Positions 1 through 8,720 of a stretch of DNA of 64,000 bases are shown here, piece after piece (within the stretch, counting starts at the first letter, position 1; each line of letters starts with the position of its first letter). The notes below the pieces were generated by a model, which worked only from the letters and a program-made list of their open reading frames with translations, had not been told where the DNA came from and ran no database searches. The stretch is from an uncultured Armatimonadetes bacterium (GTDB lineage: Bacteria > Armatimonadota > Hebobacteria > Hebobacterales > Hebobacteraceae), in NCBI GenBank assembly GCA_963716175.1, contig OY970296.1, positions 3,552,001 to 3,616,000 on the forward strand, in the 5' to 3' direction. Position numbers and translations under genes: made by a program.

Positions 1-45
1 CGTCAGGTGGATGGGATCACCACCGCGGCACTGGTAGAGCTCTGA
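1..45 (+). CDS. 3' end of a truncated upstream gene (RQVDGITTAALVEL*), possibly an ACT-domain C-terminus
   Basis: Open frame from base 1 to TGA at 43-45; too short to identify. Confidence 0.3.
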   Translation, partial: RQVDGITTAALVEL

Positions 46-116
46 CTGCGACTTCCCGACTCGTCTCTGCGCTGGCGGGGGAACATGAGGGGTGCCATCC
101 GTGCTGGGATGCTCAG

Positions 117-884
117 ATGAAGATCCTGATCACCAACGACGACGGCATCGTCGCCCCCGGGCTGCTCGCGCTCCGTGCGGCCCTGCTGGAGATGGGAGAG
201 GTCATCGCCATCGCCCCCGATCGTCCCCGCAGCGCCTGCGGTCACGCCGTCACCCTGCACAAGCCCCTGCGGCTGAACCGGGTGGAGCTGCCGGATGGCG
301 GCGAGGGCTTCGCCTGCAATGGCACGCCCTCCGACTGCATCGCGCTGGGGGTGAGCGAGGACCTCGGCGGCCCGCCCGACCTGGTGGTCTCGGGGATCAA
401 CGGCGGCCCCAACCTGGGGTGGGACCTGACCTACTCCGGCACGGTGGCGGCGGCGATGGAGGGGGTGATCTGCGGAGTACCCAGTATCGCGATCAGCGTG
501 GCGTCCCACACGGTCAGCGATTTTGGCCCCGCCGCTCGGTTCGCGCGCTACCTCAGCGAGGAGGTGGTCAGGCACGGCCTTCCCCAGGAGGTTTTCCTCA
601 ATGTGAACGTGCCGCCGGTGCGGGCCGAAGAGATCCAGGGCGTGGCCATCACCCATCAGGGACGGCTGATCTACGAGAACCGCATCGAGCGGCGCACCGA
701 TCCCCGGGGCCGGGATTACTTCTGGTTCACCGGCGACCGGGTCGAGCACCGGGGCCAGCCCGGCAGCGATATCGAGGCCGTGGCCCGGAATCGCATCTCC
801 ATCACGCCCCTCCGCCTTGACCTCACCGACCACACCAGGCTGGCGCACCTGCGAGCCTGGGAACTGGAGTGGCCCCCAGGGTAG
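117..884 (+). CDS. surE: 5'/3'-nucleotidase SurE
   Basis: MKILITNDDG, GTPSDC, VVSGINGGPNLG and YSGTVAAAMEG motifs. Confidence 0.97.
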   Translation: MKILITNDDGIVAPGLLALRAALLEMGEVIAIAPDRPRSACGHAVTLHKPLRLNRVELPDGGEGFACNGTPSDCIALGVSEDLGGPPDLVVSGINGGPNLGWDLTYSGTVAAAMEGVICGVPSIAISVASHTVSDFGPAARFARYLSEEVVRHGLPQEVFLNVNVPPVRAEEIQGVAITHQGRLIYENRIERRTDPRGRDYFWFTGDRVEHRGQPGSDIEAVARNRISITPLRLDLTDHTRLAHLRAWELEWPPG

Positions 885-938
885 AATGAGTGAGATCGGC
901 GCTCGTTTCCCGCCGCACCATGGCCGGAAAGCTCCGAC

Positions 939-1859
939 GTGCCCAACTTCGAGCCTGCTTACCTGTCCTTGGACCCGGAAGCCCTGGCCGCACGCGTGCG
1001 CGAACTGCGGGAGCTGATGGGCGACTGTCAGCTCTGCCCGCGGCGGTGCGGGGCCGACCGGCTGGCCGGGCAGGTCGGCGCCTGCGGTGTGGGCGCAGAG
1101 CCGGTGGTCTCCAGCTACGGGCCCCACTTCGGCGAAGAGGCCCCTCTGGTGGGGCGGGCCGGCTCTGGCACGATCTTCCTCACGCGCTGCAACCTGGGCT
1201 GCATCTTCTGCCAGAACTACGACATCTCACAGCTTGGCCATGGCCGCACCGTAACTTGCCAGGCCCTGGCCGAGATGATGCTGGAGCTGCAAGCGCGGGG
1301 CTGCCACAACATCAACTGGGTCACCCCCACCCATCAGGCCCCGATGCTGGTGCAGGCGCTGCAGATCGCTCGGGACAGGGGTCTGCGGGTCCCGATCGTC
1401 TACAACTGCGGGGGGTATGAATCGCTGAGCGCGCTCCGCCTGCTCGACGGCATCGTTGACATTTACATGCCAGACGCGAAGTACGGAGACAACGCGGCGG
1501 GAAAGCAGTTGTCAGGTGTGCCGGGCTACTGGGACCGCAACCGGGAAGCGCTGGCCGAGATGCACCGCCAGGTGGGTGACCTGCAGACCGACCGTCTCGG
1601 CATCGCCACCCGCGGGCTGCTGGTGCGCCATCTCGTGTTGCCCGACAACCTGGCCGGAACCGCGGCGGTGATGGAGTTCCTGGCCGGCTTGAGCCGTGAC
1701 AGCTATGTGAATGTGATGGCCCAATATCGCCCGCAATACCGGGCGCGGGAGGTAACCGCGATGGCGCGGCCCATCGCCTCGGGGGAGTTCCGCGAGGCGG
1801 TGCAGGCGGCGCTCGCGGCGGGCCTGCATCGCCTGGATGAGCGGTGGGCGCTGCGGTGA
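939..1859 (+). CDS. Radical SAM protein, PflX/pyruvate-formate-lyase-activating-like family
   Basis: CQLCPRRC, PHFGEE, GSGTIF, CNLGCIFCQN (CxxxCxxC), DIYMPDAKY, LLVRHLVLP. Confidence 0.9.
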   Translation: MPNFEPAYLSLDPEALAARVRELRELMGDCQLCPRRCGADRLAGQVGACGVGAEPVVSSYGPHFGEEAPLVGRAGSGTIFLTRCNLGCIFCQNYDISQLGHGRTVTCQALAEMMLELQARGCHNINWVTPTHQAPMLVQALQIARDRGLRVPIVYNCGGYESLSALRLLDGIVDIYMPDAKYGDNAAGKQLSGVPGYWDRNREALAEMHRQVGDLQTDRLGIATRGLLVRHLVLPDNLAGTAAVMEFLAGLSRDSYVNVMAQYRPQYRAREVTAMARPIASGEFREAVQAALAAGLHRLDERWALR

Positions 1860-3034
1860 CGACCTCTCCGCCCACCAACCCGCAGCTCTCGGGTCCTTCG
1901 ACCGTCGCCTATCTCATCTTCCTGCTCTGGCTCGAGCTGGGATACGCGGTCGCTCTCGCGATTCTCCCGGGCCTTTCCTGGCGGGCCGCGCTCTGGCAGG
2001 GGGCAGTGTGCGTGGCGGCGATCATCCCGTTGCTGCTGGCGGTGGTGGAGGTCGTCGCTATTCCCAAGAGGCTGGGCCGGGTACCAGCCGCGGTGATGAG
2101 AGCGATCTGGACCCTCGGGGGCCTGGCCGAGCTGATGCTGCCGTGGCTGGGGTGGGCGGCTGTGTTGTGGCTGATCAACCGCGGCGCGCTTTCCTGGCCA
2201 GTCGCATTCCGGTCTGGCGCAGGCATTGCCATGTTCTCCTATCTGACCGGTGCTGGGTTGGTCTTGTGGTTCCGGCCCCGGCCCGAGCAGGTACAGCTCT
2301 CATCCCTCGAGATCCCGATCCCAGGGCTGCCTCCGGAGTTCGAGGGATACCGCATCCTCCACCTCTCCGACCTCCATATCGGCAGTTCGGCTGCTGTGGC
2401 CGACTTGGGCCGCCGCCTGGCCAAGGCGGCCTCACTGCGCCCAGACCTGACAGCCTTCACCGGGGATCTGGCCGAGACGCCCAGCTTGGCTGACCGGGCG
2501 GCCGAGGTACTGTCTGCACTCGCCGCGCCCGATGGGGTGGTGGCGGTGCTGGGCAACCACGACATCTGGGCCGGGGAGAAGCGCGTCCGCGGCGCCCTCG
2601 AAGGGCGAGGGGTGAGGGTGCTGGTGAACCAGCACACTGCGATCTCCCGCGGTGGCGCCAGCATCTACCTCGCGGGCGTCAACGATGCCTCCTACACGGG
2701 TCGCGACGATCTGGACGCCGCCCTGGCGGGGATTCCGGCAGGCGCGCCTGTGATTCTGCTCAGTCACGCCCCGGTCATCATCCGGCACCCCGCGATTGAC
2801 CGTGTCGCTCTGGTGCTCTCGGGCCACACTCATGGCGGCCAACTCGTGCTTCCCTGGATCGGCGCCCTGTATGTCCCGTCGCGGCTCGGGCGGCGTTACG
2901 CCTCCGGGCTGCATCGGATCCCGAGCGGATGGCTGTTCATCACTCGTGGGCTGGGCGAAGTCTTTCCACCCATGCGCATCGCCTGTCCGCCCGAGATCGC
3001 ACTGCTCACCTTGCGGTCAGCGCCTTCGGATTGA
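1844..3034 (+). CDS. Membrane-anchored calcineurin-like metallophosphoesterase (YkuE-like)
   Basis: N-terminal TM helices; HLSDLH, TGD, LGNHD, LLSH and SGHTHGGQ motifs. Confidence 0.9.
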   Translation: MGAAVTTSPPTNPQLSGPSTVAYLIFLLWLELGYAVALAILPGLSWRAALWQGAVCVAAIIPLLLAVVEVVAIPKRLGRVPAAVMRAIWTLGGLAELMLPWLGWAAVLWLINRGALSWPVAFRSGAGIAMFSYLTGAGLVLWFRPRPEQVQLSSLEIPIPGLPPEFEGYRILHLSDLHIGSSAAVADLGRRLAKAASLRPDLTAFTGDLAETPSLADRAAEVLSALAAPDGVVAVLGNHDIWAGEKRVRGALEGRGVRVLVNQHTAISRGGASIYLAGVNDASYTGRDDLDAALAGIPAGAPVILLSHAPVIIRHPAIDRVALVLSGHTHGGQLVLPWIGALYVPSRLGRRYASGLHRIPSGWLFITRGLGEVFPPMRIACPPEIALLTLRSAPSD

Positions 3035-3060
3035 CACTCGGAAGCCGGACCCGATATACT
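3031..3060 (+). promoter_or_regulatory. sigma70-type promoter of tRNA-Ser
   Basis: TTGACA(3031-3036)-N18-TATACT(3055-3060), 6 nt before the tRNA. Confidence 0.75.
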
Positions 3061-3066
3061 TCAAAC

Positions 3067-3152
3067 GGAGAGATGGCCGAGTTGGTCGAAGGCGCACGAC
3101 TCGAAATCGTGTAACCCGTAAGGGTTCGGGGGTTCGAATCCCTCTCTCTCCG
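3067..3152 (+). tRNA. tRNA-Ser (anticodon CGA); CCA not encoded
   Basis: Acceptor stem GGAGAGA/TCTCTCC, anticodon arm CACGA-CTCGAAA-TCGTG, long variable arm, T loop GGTTCGAATCC. Confidence 0.96.
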
Positions 3153-3197
3153 CGGTGTTCTCATTCGGCGAGCTTCGCCCGCAGGAGGAGGTGCAAG

Positions 3198-3473
3198 ATG
3201 GTGCAGGTTGATTTCGACATGCTCGTTTTCCGTGAAGGCGAGTCCTACGTCGCCTACTGCCCTGAGTTGGATGTATCCTCCTGCGGCCACGATGTGGACG
3301 AAGCGCGCGCCAATCTGAAGACTGCAGTGCGGCTGCTTGTCGAGGAAGCAAACAGACTCGGCACTCTGGATCAGGTGCTGCAGGAGGCGGGGTACATCGC
3401 GGATGGCAAAGGTGGGTATTCATCTCCTCGCCTGGTGGCGACTGAAAGCGCGTCGGTCGCGGTCGGAGGGTGA
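3198..3473 (+). CDS. hicB: HicB-family antitoxin (short, no obvious DNA-binding domain)
   Basis: RBS GGAGG before ATG 3198; YVAYCPELDVSSCGHDVDEARANLKTAV matches the HicB N-domain. Confidence 0.85.
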   Translation: MVQVDFDMLVFREGESYVAYCPELDVSSCGHDVDEARANLKTAVRLLVEEANRLGTLDQVLQEAGYIADGKGGYSSPRLVATESASVAVGG

Positions 3474-3706
3474 CATTGCCGCGGCTGTCGCCGATTCCGG
3501 GCCGGCGTCTGCGCCGGGTCTTCGAGCTGGCTGGATTCGTCTGCGTGCGGACAGAGGGCGATCACTTCGTGCTCACGAAACTGGGGCTGCCTCGGCCGCT
3601 AGTTATCCCGGACTACGATGCAGTGCCTGTCTTCGTGATTCGAAACAACCTCCGAACAGCAGGCCTTTCCCGCGAGGAGTACTTCCGCCTGCTCGAAAGC
3701 ACATGA
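3470..3706 (+). CDS. hicA: HicA-family toxin (mRNA interferase)
   Basis: PRLSPIPG..LAGF..RTEGDH..VIP..IRNNLRTAGLSREEY pattern; overlaps the hicB stop; start may be TTG 3476. Confidence 0.85.
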   Translation: MTLPRLSPIPGRRLRRVFELAGFVCVRTEGDHFVLTKLGLPRPLVIPDYDAVPVFVIRNNLRTAGLSREEYFRLLEST

Positions 3707-4095
3707 CCCGGCGCGATGCCGAGCTGGCGCAGGCGGATGTGGTGGCGAAGCACCGGCAATTCCCGCCCGGCGACAGGTTCCTCCCGCAGGTGCAGGAGGC
3801 CGGAGGGAGGAAGCGGCTGCGGCCGAGTCAGGGGCGCAGCAGTACAGGGCACCGGGGAAGCTCGGAGGGGTCGCGAGGCGGAAAGAGAGGGCCCGGTCCC
3901 AGTATCCGTTGAGCTAGAGGGGGTAAAGCTCAAGGACGTGCCCGGGCCGGGCCCCGCATGCCTGTGCGCCGGCCTCATGCTGTACTCGGGAAGGTGCTCA
4001 ACGTGGTGCGCACAAGCGGGGTCAGTGTACCACACACATCGCGTCAGCGAACCATCGTTTCGCTATGAGAAAAACCGCCGCAGCCTGGGCCCAGG

Positions 4096-5847
4096 TCACG
4101 GCAAGCCGTCGGCGATGCGCTCCTGCCAGCCGGGCACCAGGAGGCGGGAGATGGCACCGGCTGCCGAGCGAAGCAGCGGGAGCCAGCGACGGATGTTCAC
4201 CTCCGTGAAATCCTGTATCACCGCCGTCAGCGCTACTGCGCCAACTACCGCATTGTCGGGAGTGCTAAGAGGCACGGCCACGGCGCCTATGCCAAGGTCG
4301 GACTCTTCCAGGTTCAGCGCGTACCCTCGCTCCCGCACCAGGGCAAGCTCACGTCGAAGCTGCTGCGGAGACTTGATAGTCTTTGGAGTCCGCGACGACA
4401 AACCGTCCTGTAGGTAGCTTTCTATGCTTGCCCTGGACTGGGCCGCCAGGCAGCACTTCCCACCTGCCGTGGCGTGCAGAGGCGGGAAGGTCTCCTCGTC
4501 AGCGCTCAGCCGCACCGGACCGCTCGGATGGACAACCTGCAGGTCCATGGGCCACCGCCCAGTTGCGTCTGCGACGGTAATCCTGGCGACTGCCCCGGTC
4601 GCGTCGACCAGCTCCTGCAAGACGGCGCGAGTCAGCTCACTCAGGACGGCGGCGGAGCGGAGGAAACGGGCAATGGGCAGGAAACCCAGCGGGTCCGGCC
4701 GGTAGCCTCTTCCGGGCGCATCCCGCGCCACGATACCCTCCTGCTCCAGGGTTCGCAACAGCCGCCGCGCGGCCGGCTCAGGGAGAGCGCGTATGCGCGC
4801 GGCCTCGCCCGCGGTGAGGCCTTCCGGCACCACGAGCAGCAGTTCGATGAGGCGCATCGCGCGGGCAACCGAACGAACTGCCGGCAAGGGACCGTCGCCG
4901 AACCCCGGGTCAGGGGTATCCGGGAGTGGTATCCCCTTCGGCCTGCGCCAAGCGGAAGCCCTCACTCGGGACAGCCACCACTCGTAGCTGAGGAGGGCCG
5001 AAATGGCGTCCGCCGACTGCTGCAAGTGCGCCACCAGTTGTGAGGTGTCAGCGCGTGGAGGGAAGACATCTGCGTAGGCCAGGGCCAGCGCTCCCTTCAC
5101 CTCTCCTGACGCTGCGCGCAGGGGAACGGCCACGCCGGCGGACTGCATGGTGGCCTCCTTGTTGTTGAGGGCATAGCCTTGCTCTCGGATCCGCCGGAGT
5201 TCCTTCCTCAGTCTGGAGGGTGAAGTGATGGTGCGAGGGGTCATGCTCTCAAGACCAGGCCTGATGTAGTCCTCCAGTTGCTGCTCAGACAGGTGGGCGA
5301 GGTAGCACTTGCCGGAGGCTAGCGCATGTAGGGGTTCCGGGGGCCGCTCGGAGAGGTCCAATCGAACAGCAGTGTGGGGCAGAGACATCATGGTTGCAGT
5401 GCAGGTGCGGCTGGTGCGGTCAGGACAGAACAGGGCAGCTGTAGCGCCTGTGCGCGCAGCTAGCTCGTCCAGTATGCCCTTTGCTGCATCGGCGAAGTCG
5501 AGCAAGGGAGAAGCGAACGCCGCGAGGCGGACCATGCCGGCCGGATTCCTGGCATAGCGCTTCGTATCGACATCCTGGACGACCACGCCCTCAGTCATGA
5601 GCGTGCGGAGCAGCCGCACGAGTGTCGGCTTGTGCAGCCCGAGCTCCAATGACAGCTGGGCGAGCGACTGCGGCTGCCGATGGCTCGTGAGCACGCGCAG
5701 GATGCGCATCGCACGAGCGGCAGACTGGACAGTACCGTCTCGTGCGCTCTTGGGGCTGTCTTGCGGCCGCTCTGATGATGTGCGTGACGTGGCAGGCACC
5801 TCACGTGGACCCAAACGGTGCTGTTCGCATCTGTTCGCCGATGCCAA
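4096..5847 (-). CDS. Tandem (double) IclR-family transcriptional regulator
   Basis: Two complete HTH+effector units (VQSAARAMRIL..HALASGKCYLA..IREQGYA; VRSVARAMRLI..HATAGGKCCLA..VRERGYA); RBS AGGAGG 5 nt before TTG. Confidence 0.9.
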   Translation of the reverse strand: MASANRCEQHRLGPREVPATSRTSSERPQDSPKSARDGTVQSAARAMRILRVLTSHRQPQSLAQLSLELGLHKPTLVRLLRTLMTEGVVVQDVDTKRYARNPAGMVRLAAFASPLLDFADAAKGILDELAARTGATAALFCPDRTSRTCTATMMSLPHTAVRLDLSERPPEPLHALASGKCYLAHLSEQQLEDYIRPGLESMTPRTITSPSRLRKELRRIREQGYALNNKEATMQSAGVAVPLRAASGEVKGALALAYADVFPPRADTSQLVAHLQQSADAISALLSYEWWLSRVRASAWRRPKGIPLPDTPDPGFGDGPLPAVRSVARAMRLIELLLVVPEGLTAGEAARIRALPEPAARRLLRTLEQEGIVARDAPGRGYRPDPLGFLPIARFLRSAAVLSELTRAVLQELVDATGAVARITVADATGRWPMDLQVVHPSGPVRLSADEETFPPLHATAGGKCCLAAQSRASIESYLQDGLSSRTPKTIKSPQQLRRELALVRERGYALNLEESDLGIGAVAVPLSTPDNAVVGAVALTAVIQDFTEVNIRRWLPLLRSAAGAISRLLVPGWQERIADGLP

Positions 5848-6243
5848 ACATACCTCCTAGTCACACTCGCGAGAGGCCTTGGGGGGCGCGGGCAGCAGGA
5901 GGGAGGAAACGGCCGGGCTGATTGGTGGTGTCAGGAACAGAGAGCCAGGCCCCCGCCTCCGCCGCTCCGCTAGCTGAGGCTGATGGCAGGCCTGGCTCTC
6001 AAAACGTGTCACATCCCGAAATGGCGATGAGGGCGCGGTCGCGGGCGCCCTCATGGCAGCTTTACTCCGCTGTCTGCGCGGCTATTCCTGCAGCAATGCG
6101 GGCAGAGGGAAGCTCTGCACGCGTTCCCACGGCCGCAGGTCCATGGGGACGGCGAGGACGGCAGGAGGGAGGAAGCGGCTGCGGTAATGAGACGGTTGGC
6201 AGGTCGGCGCACAAACGGCGGCGCGATAGAGGGAAGACGGGGG

Positions 6244-7233
6244 ATGGCCGAGTCCGGGTGGTCTAGCGAGGACATGAGACACGCAATCAACCTCGGAGGC
6301 TACTACCTGGAAGCCGGTCTACGGGACTTCGGCGAATGGTCGGAGCAGATGGTGGAGGACGCGGGTGAGGAGATACGGCCCTACTTGCGGCTGGTATGGA
6401 CGGAAGCCAGCAGGCAGGTAGAGGAAGCGTATAGCGCACAAGGGGCGTCGGCCAGTGGTGCAGCGCAGGATAGGGTGGCTTTCTGCGTGATATGCGGGCG
6501 GCCTTGCGGTGAGGGGATGGAGGTCTGCCCCGACTGCGGCAACAGGACAAACCTCAGCGCGGGAGAAGGGGAGTTGCCTAACGGCGGCGAGGCGACCGCG
6601 ACAGAGACGACTGAGACGGGGCCTAGCCGCGAGGCGTGGGAGCTCGTCCTTCGCGAGGCGCGACGGCACAAGAAGCCGTGGCTGGCGTTCGTCCTGGCGC
6701 TTTGTCTCGGTCCTCTGGGCGTCTTCTACATAGGCGCCAATTTCGGCTTGAGCGCAGTTGTTGTGTGGGGCATACTGGCTGCCCCCGCCGCCATGTGGGC
6801 TCCTTCATGGCATTGGATGGTCTGGGTCGCCAATCTTCTCTTGGCCATTCACGCAGCCGACCTCGCGCAGAAGCGGAATGCGCTACTCTCGGCCTCGCTG
6901 CTGATAATGGCTGAAGCCCCGACCAGCGAGGAACTCGCAGGCGTCTTCAACTTCTGGTCGGGACCGTATGCAATCACGACGCTTGCAAACGAGTTCCTAC
7001 CCTCTGCTGCCTTCTGGATGACTCTCGTCGAGATGGTTCGCCAGGGCATAGGGCTGTTCCGCGAACATGCTGTGGGAGCGGGAGTATTCGTACTGGTGCT
7101 ATCCCCAATTGTCGCCCTGGTCGCCACCTGGTTCTACGGCCTTATCGGCGGCATCGTTGCTCTCCTGGGCACCGGGATTCACTGGCTCGCCGCCAAGCTG
7201 AGTCGGCAACCGTTGTGGTTCCCGGACGCGTGA
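6244..7233 (+). CDS. Hypothetical membrane protein: helical N-domain, zinc ribbon, TM2-like membrane region
   Basis: CVIC..CPDC zinc ribbon; KKPWLAFVLALCLGPLGVFY TM2-like motif; several TM helices; start may be 6187. Confidence 0.75.
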   Translation: MAESGWSSEDMRHAINLGGYYLEAGLRDFGEWSEQMVEDAGEEIRPYLRLVWTEASRQVEEAYSAQGASASGAAQDRVAFCVICGRPCGEGMEVCPDCGNRTNLSAGEGELPNGGEATATETTETGPSREAWELVLREARRHKKPWLAFVLALCLGPLGVFYIGANFGLSAVVVWGILAAPAAMWAPSWHWMVWVANLLLAIHAADLAQKRNALLSASLLIMAEAPTSEELAGVFNFWSGPYAITTLANEFLPSAAFWMTLVEMVRQGIGLFREHAVGAGVFVLVLSPIVALVATWFYGLIGGIVALLGTGIHWLAAKLSRQPLWFPDA

Positions 7234-7251
7234 CAGGAATGGCCTAGGCGT

Positions 7252-8202
7252 TCAGAGACTGCCCCGTCGGACTTCCGCTCGGACGAAGGCATTGTAGGAG
7301 GAGTAGCCCGCAGACCGCTCTTCTATGACAGCCGCGCCGCACTTCTCTCTGTATCTGTCCACGCGGCCACGGAGCTCGTGGGGGAGGGGCCTATCGTCGC
7401 CCTGTGTGTTGGTCGTGTCTGTAGGGTCGCCATACATTGGGAACTCTCTTCGGACCTGCCGCATCGCTTCGTCTTGCGAGAGCCCTGTCTCCCGCAGGCT
7501 CTTGAAGACGGAATAGCGAAACACTTGCTCCGACCAAATCACCATCCGTCGCTGGAGGTCGTGCAGGTTCCACCACTCGGCGATGTCCTCGTCGGTGGCA
7601 CCCTCGTTCCAGGCTTTGCTTACGACGCCGAGCGCAACGGAATGCCCAGCCCGCGCGTCAAGGAGAACGAGGTCGCCGAATCCCGGTGCCAGGGCGGCCG
7701 TGCCTTCCTTCTCACCTTGTTTCTTGCACATCTTGAGGGCGCGCAGAACCTCCTTGTGGGCGGCATACTCGGACATGCCACAGTTGAGTGATAGCATCTC
7801 CGTGTAGAGCCGCGCCAGTTCGTTTTCGACATGTGGAGTGGAGCGCATAGCGCGCACCAAGGGTAGTGCCCCTCCCCAAACCGGTGCCGCGGCGAGAAGG
7901 AGCGCAACGCGAAGGGGGACTTCGCGCTGAGGCGACAGCCACAACGCAATGAGTGAAACAAGCACCTGGGCCAGGAACGCGCACCAGGTCACAAAGCGCT
8001 TTCGATTGGGTGCCCACCAGTGAACGAATGCGACGAACGTATAGCCATGCACGGTTTGCGCGAGCACGAGGGCTGATGTGAACTGCCGCAGAATCGCATG
8101 GGTCATCCAGAATGTGAGAGTGTGGGCGGCAAGCGTAGACAACAGCGCGAGGGGAAGGAGAAGCGTCCAGCGCACAAAGCTCCCTGCCCTCACGGCCTGC
8201 AC
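7252..8202 (-). CDS. Hypothetical protein with N-terminal TM helices and a soluble C-domain
   Basis: 316-aa ORF with protein-like composition, overlapping the stop of the upstream small gene. Confidence 0.7.
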   Translation of the reverse strand: MQAVRAGSFVRWTLLLPLALLSTLAAHTLTFWMTHAILRQFTSALVLAQTVHGYTFVAFVHWWAPNRKRFVTWCAFLAQVLVSLIALWLSPQREVPLRVALLLAAAPVWGGALPLVRAMRSTPHVENELARLYTEMLSLNCGMSEYAAHKEVLRALKMCKKQGEKEGTAALAPGFGDLVLLDARAGHSVALGVVSKAWNEGATDEDIAEWWNLHDLQRRMVIWSEQVFRYSVFKSLRETGLSQDEAMRQVRREFPMYGDPTDTTNTQGDDRPLPHELRGRVDRYREKCGAAVIEERSAGYSSYNAFVRAEVRRGSL

Positions 8203-8477
8203 ACCTTACACGGAGTCAGTCCGCGCGCTTCGGCTTCGGCGCGCGTCATGGGAATATCGGACTTCGAGAGCGAAGGGCAGCTGGCACGATGATACCGCTT
8301 CCCGGTAGCAGTGGCGTGGACTATGTCGGAAGCTGCCCCAGCGGGTGCCCGGGCGGACGAGGACGAGAGAGACGCCTTGGTCGCGGGGCTGTGCCGGGCG
8401 CCACGGCCGGCGGCGAACGCAAGAACCGCCACCACAACCACAACGGCGACAACCAAGGCCCAATGCTTCGACCTCAT
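8190..8477 (-). CDS. Small secreted/anchored protein with a His/Cys metal-binding domain
   Basis: Signal-like N-terminus; TATGKRYHRASC..L..AEARGLTPCKVC resembles the motif at the C-termini of ComEC/thermonuclease-like proteins. Confidence 0.8.
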   Translation of the reverse strand: MRSKHWALVVAVVVVVAVLAFAAGRGARHSPATKASLSSSSARAPAGAASDIVHATATGKRYHRASCPSLSKSDIPMTRAEAEARGLTPCKVCRP

Positions 8478-8720
8478 GCTATCCCTTCCTTACGCGACGC
8501 AACTGCAGTAAGCGGCTCAGCGTGGTGGCTCAGGAAGGGCCTTTGGGCGGTCGTTCGCCGCTGCCGGCGGACGGTCCTGCTGATGTTCGCGCTCGCGCGC
8601 CCGGTGCGGCCAGCGCTATCTTTCCGGGGGCTTGTCAGGAGCGGTGACAGGAACCGGCCGGCAAGAGCAGGAACCGCCTTCTTGGCATAGACCTGGCATT
8701 ACCCTGGGAGGGAATCAGCC

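Noticed and set aside
3703-3912. ORF overlapping the hicA stop (ATGA) as a third TA gene
   Set aside because: Low-complexity product with no recognisable motif; it runs through the repeated non-coding-like motif
3903-3923. Minus-strand CCCCCTCTAGCTCAACGGATA resembling a tRNA 5' end
   Set aside because: No D-stem closure, anticodon arm or T-loop follows; cannot be called a tRNA or att site
3067-8700. Intact integrative element at tRNA-Ser
   Set aside because: No integrase and no duplicated tRNA 3' end found by eye
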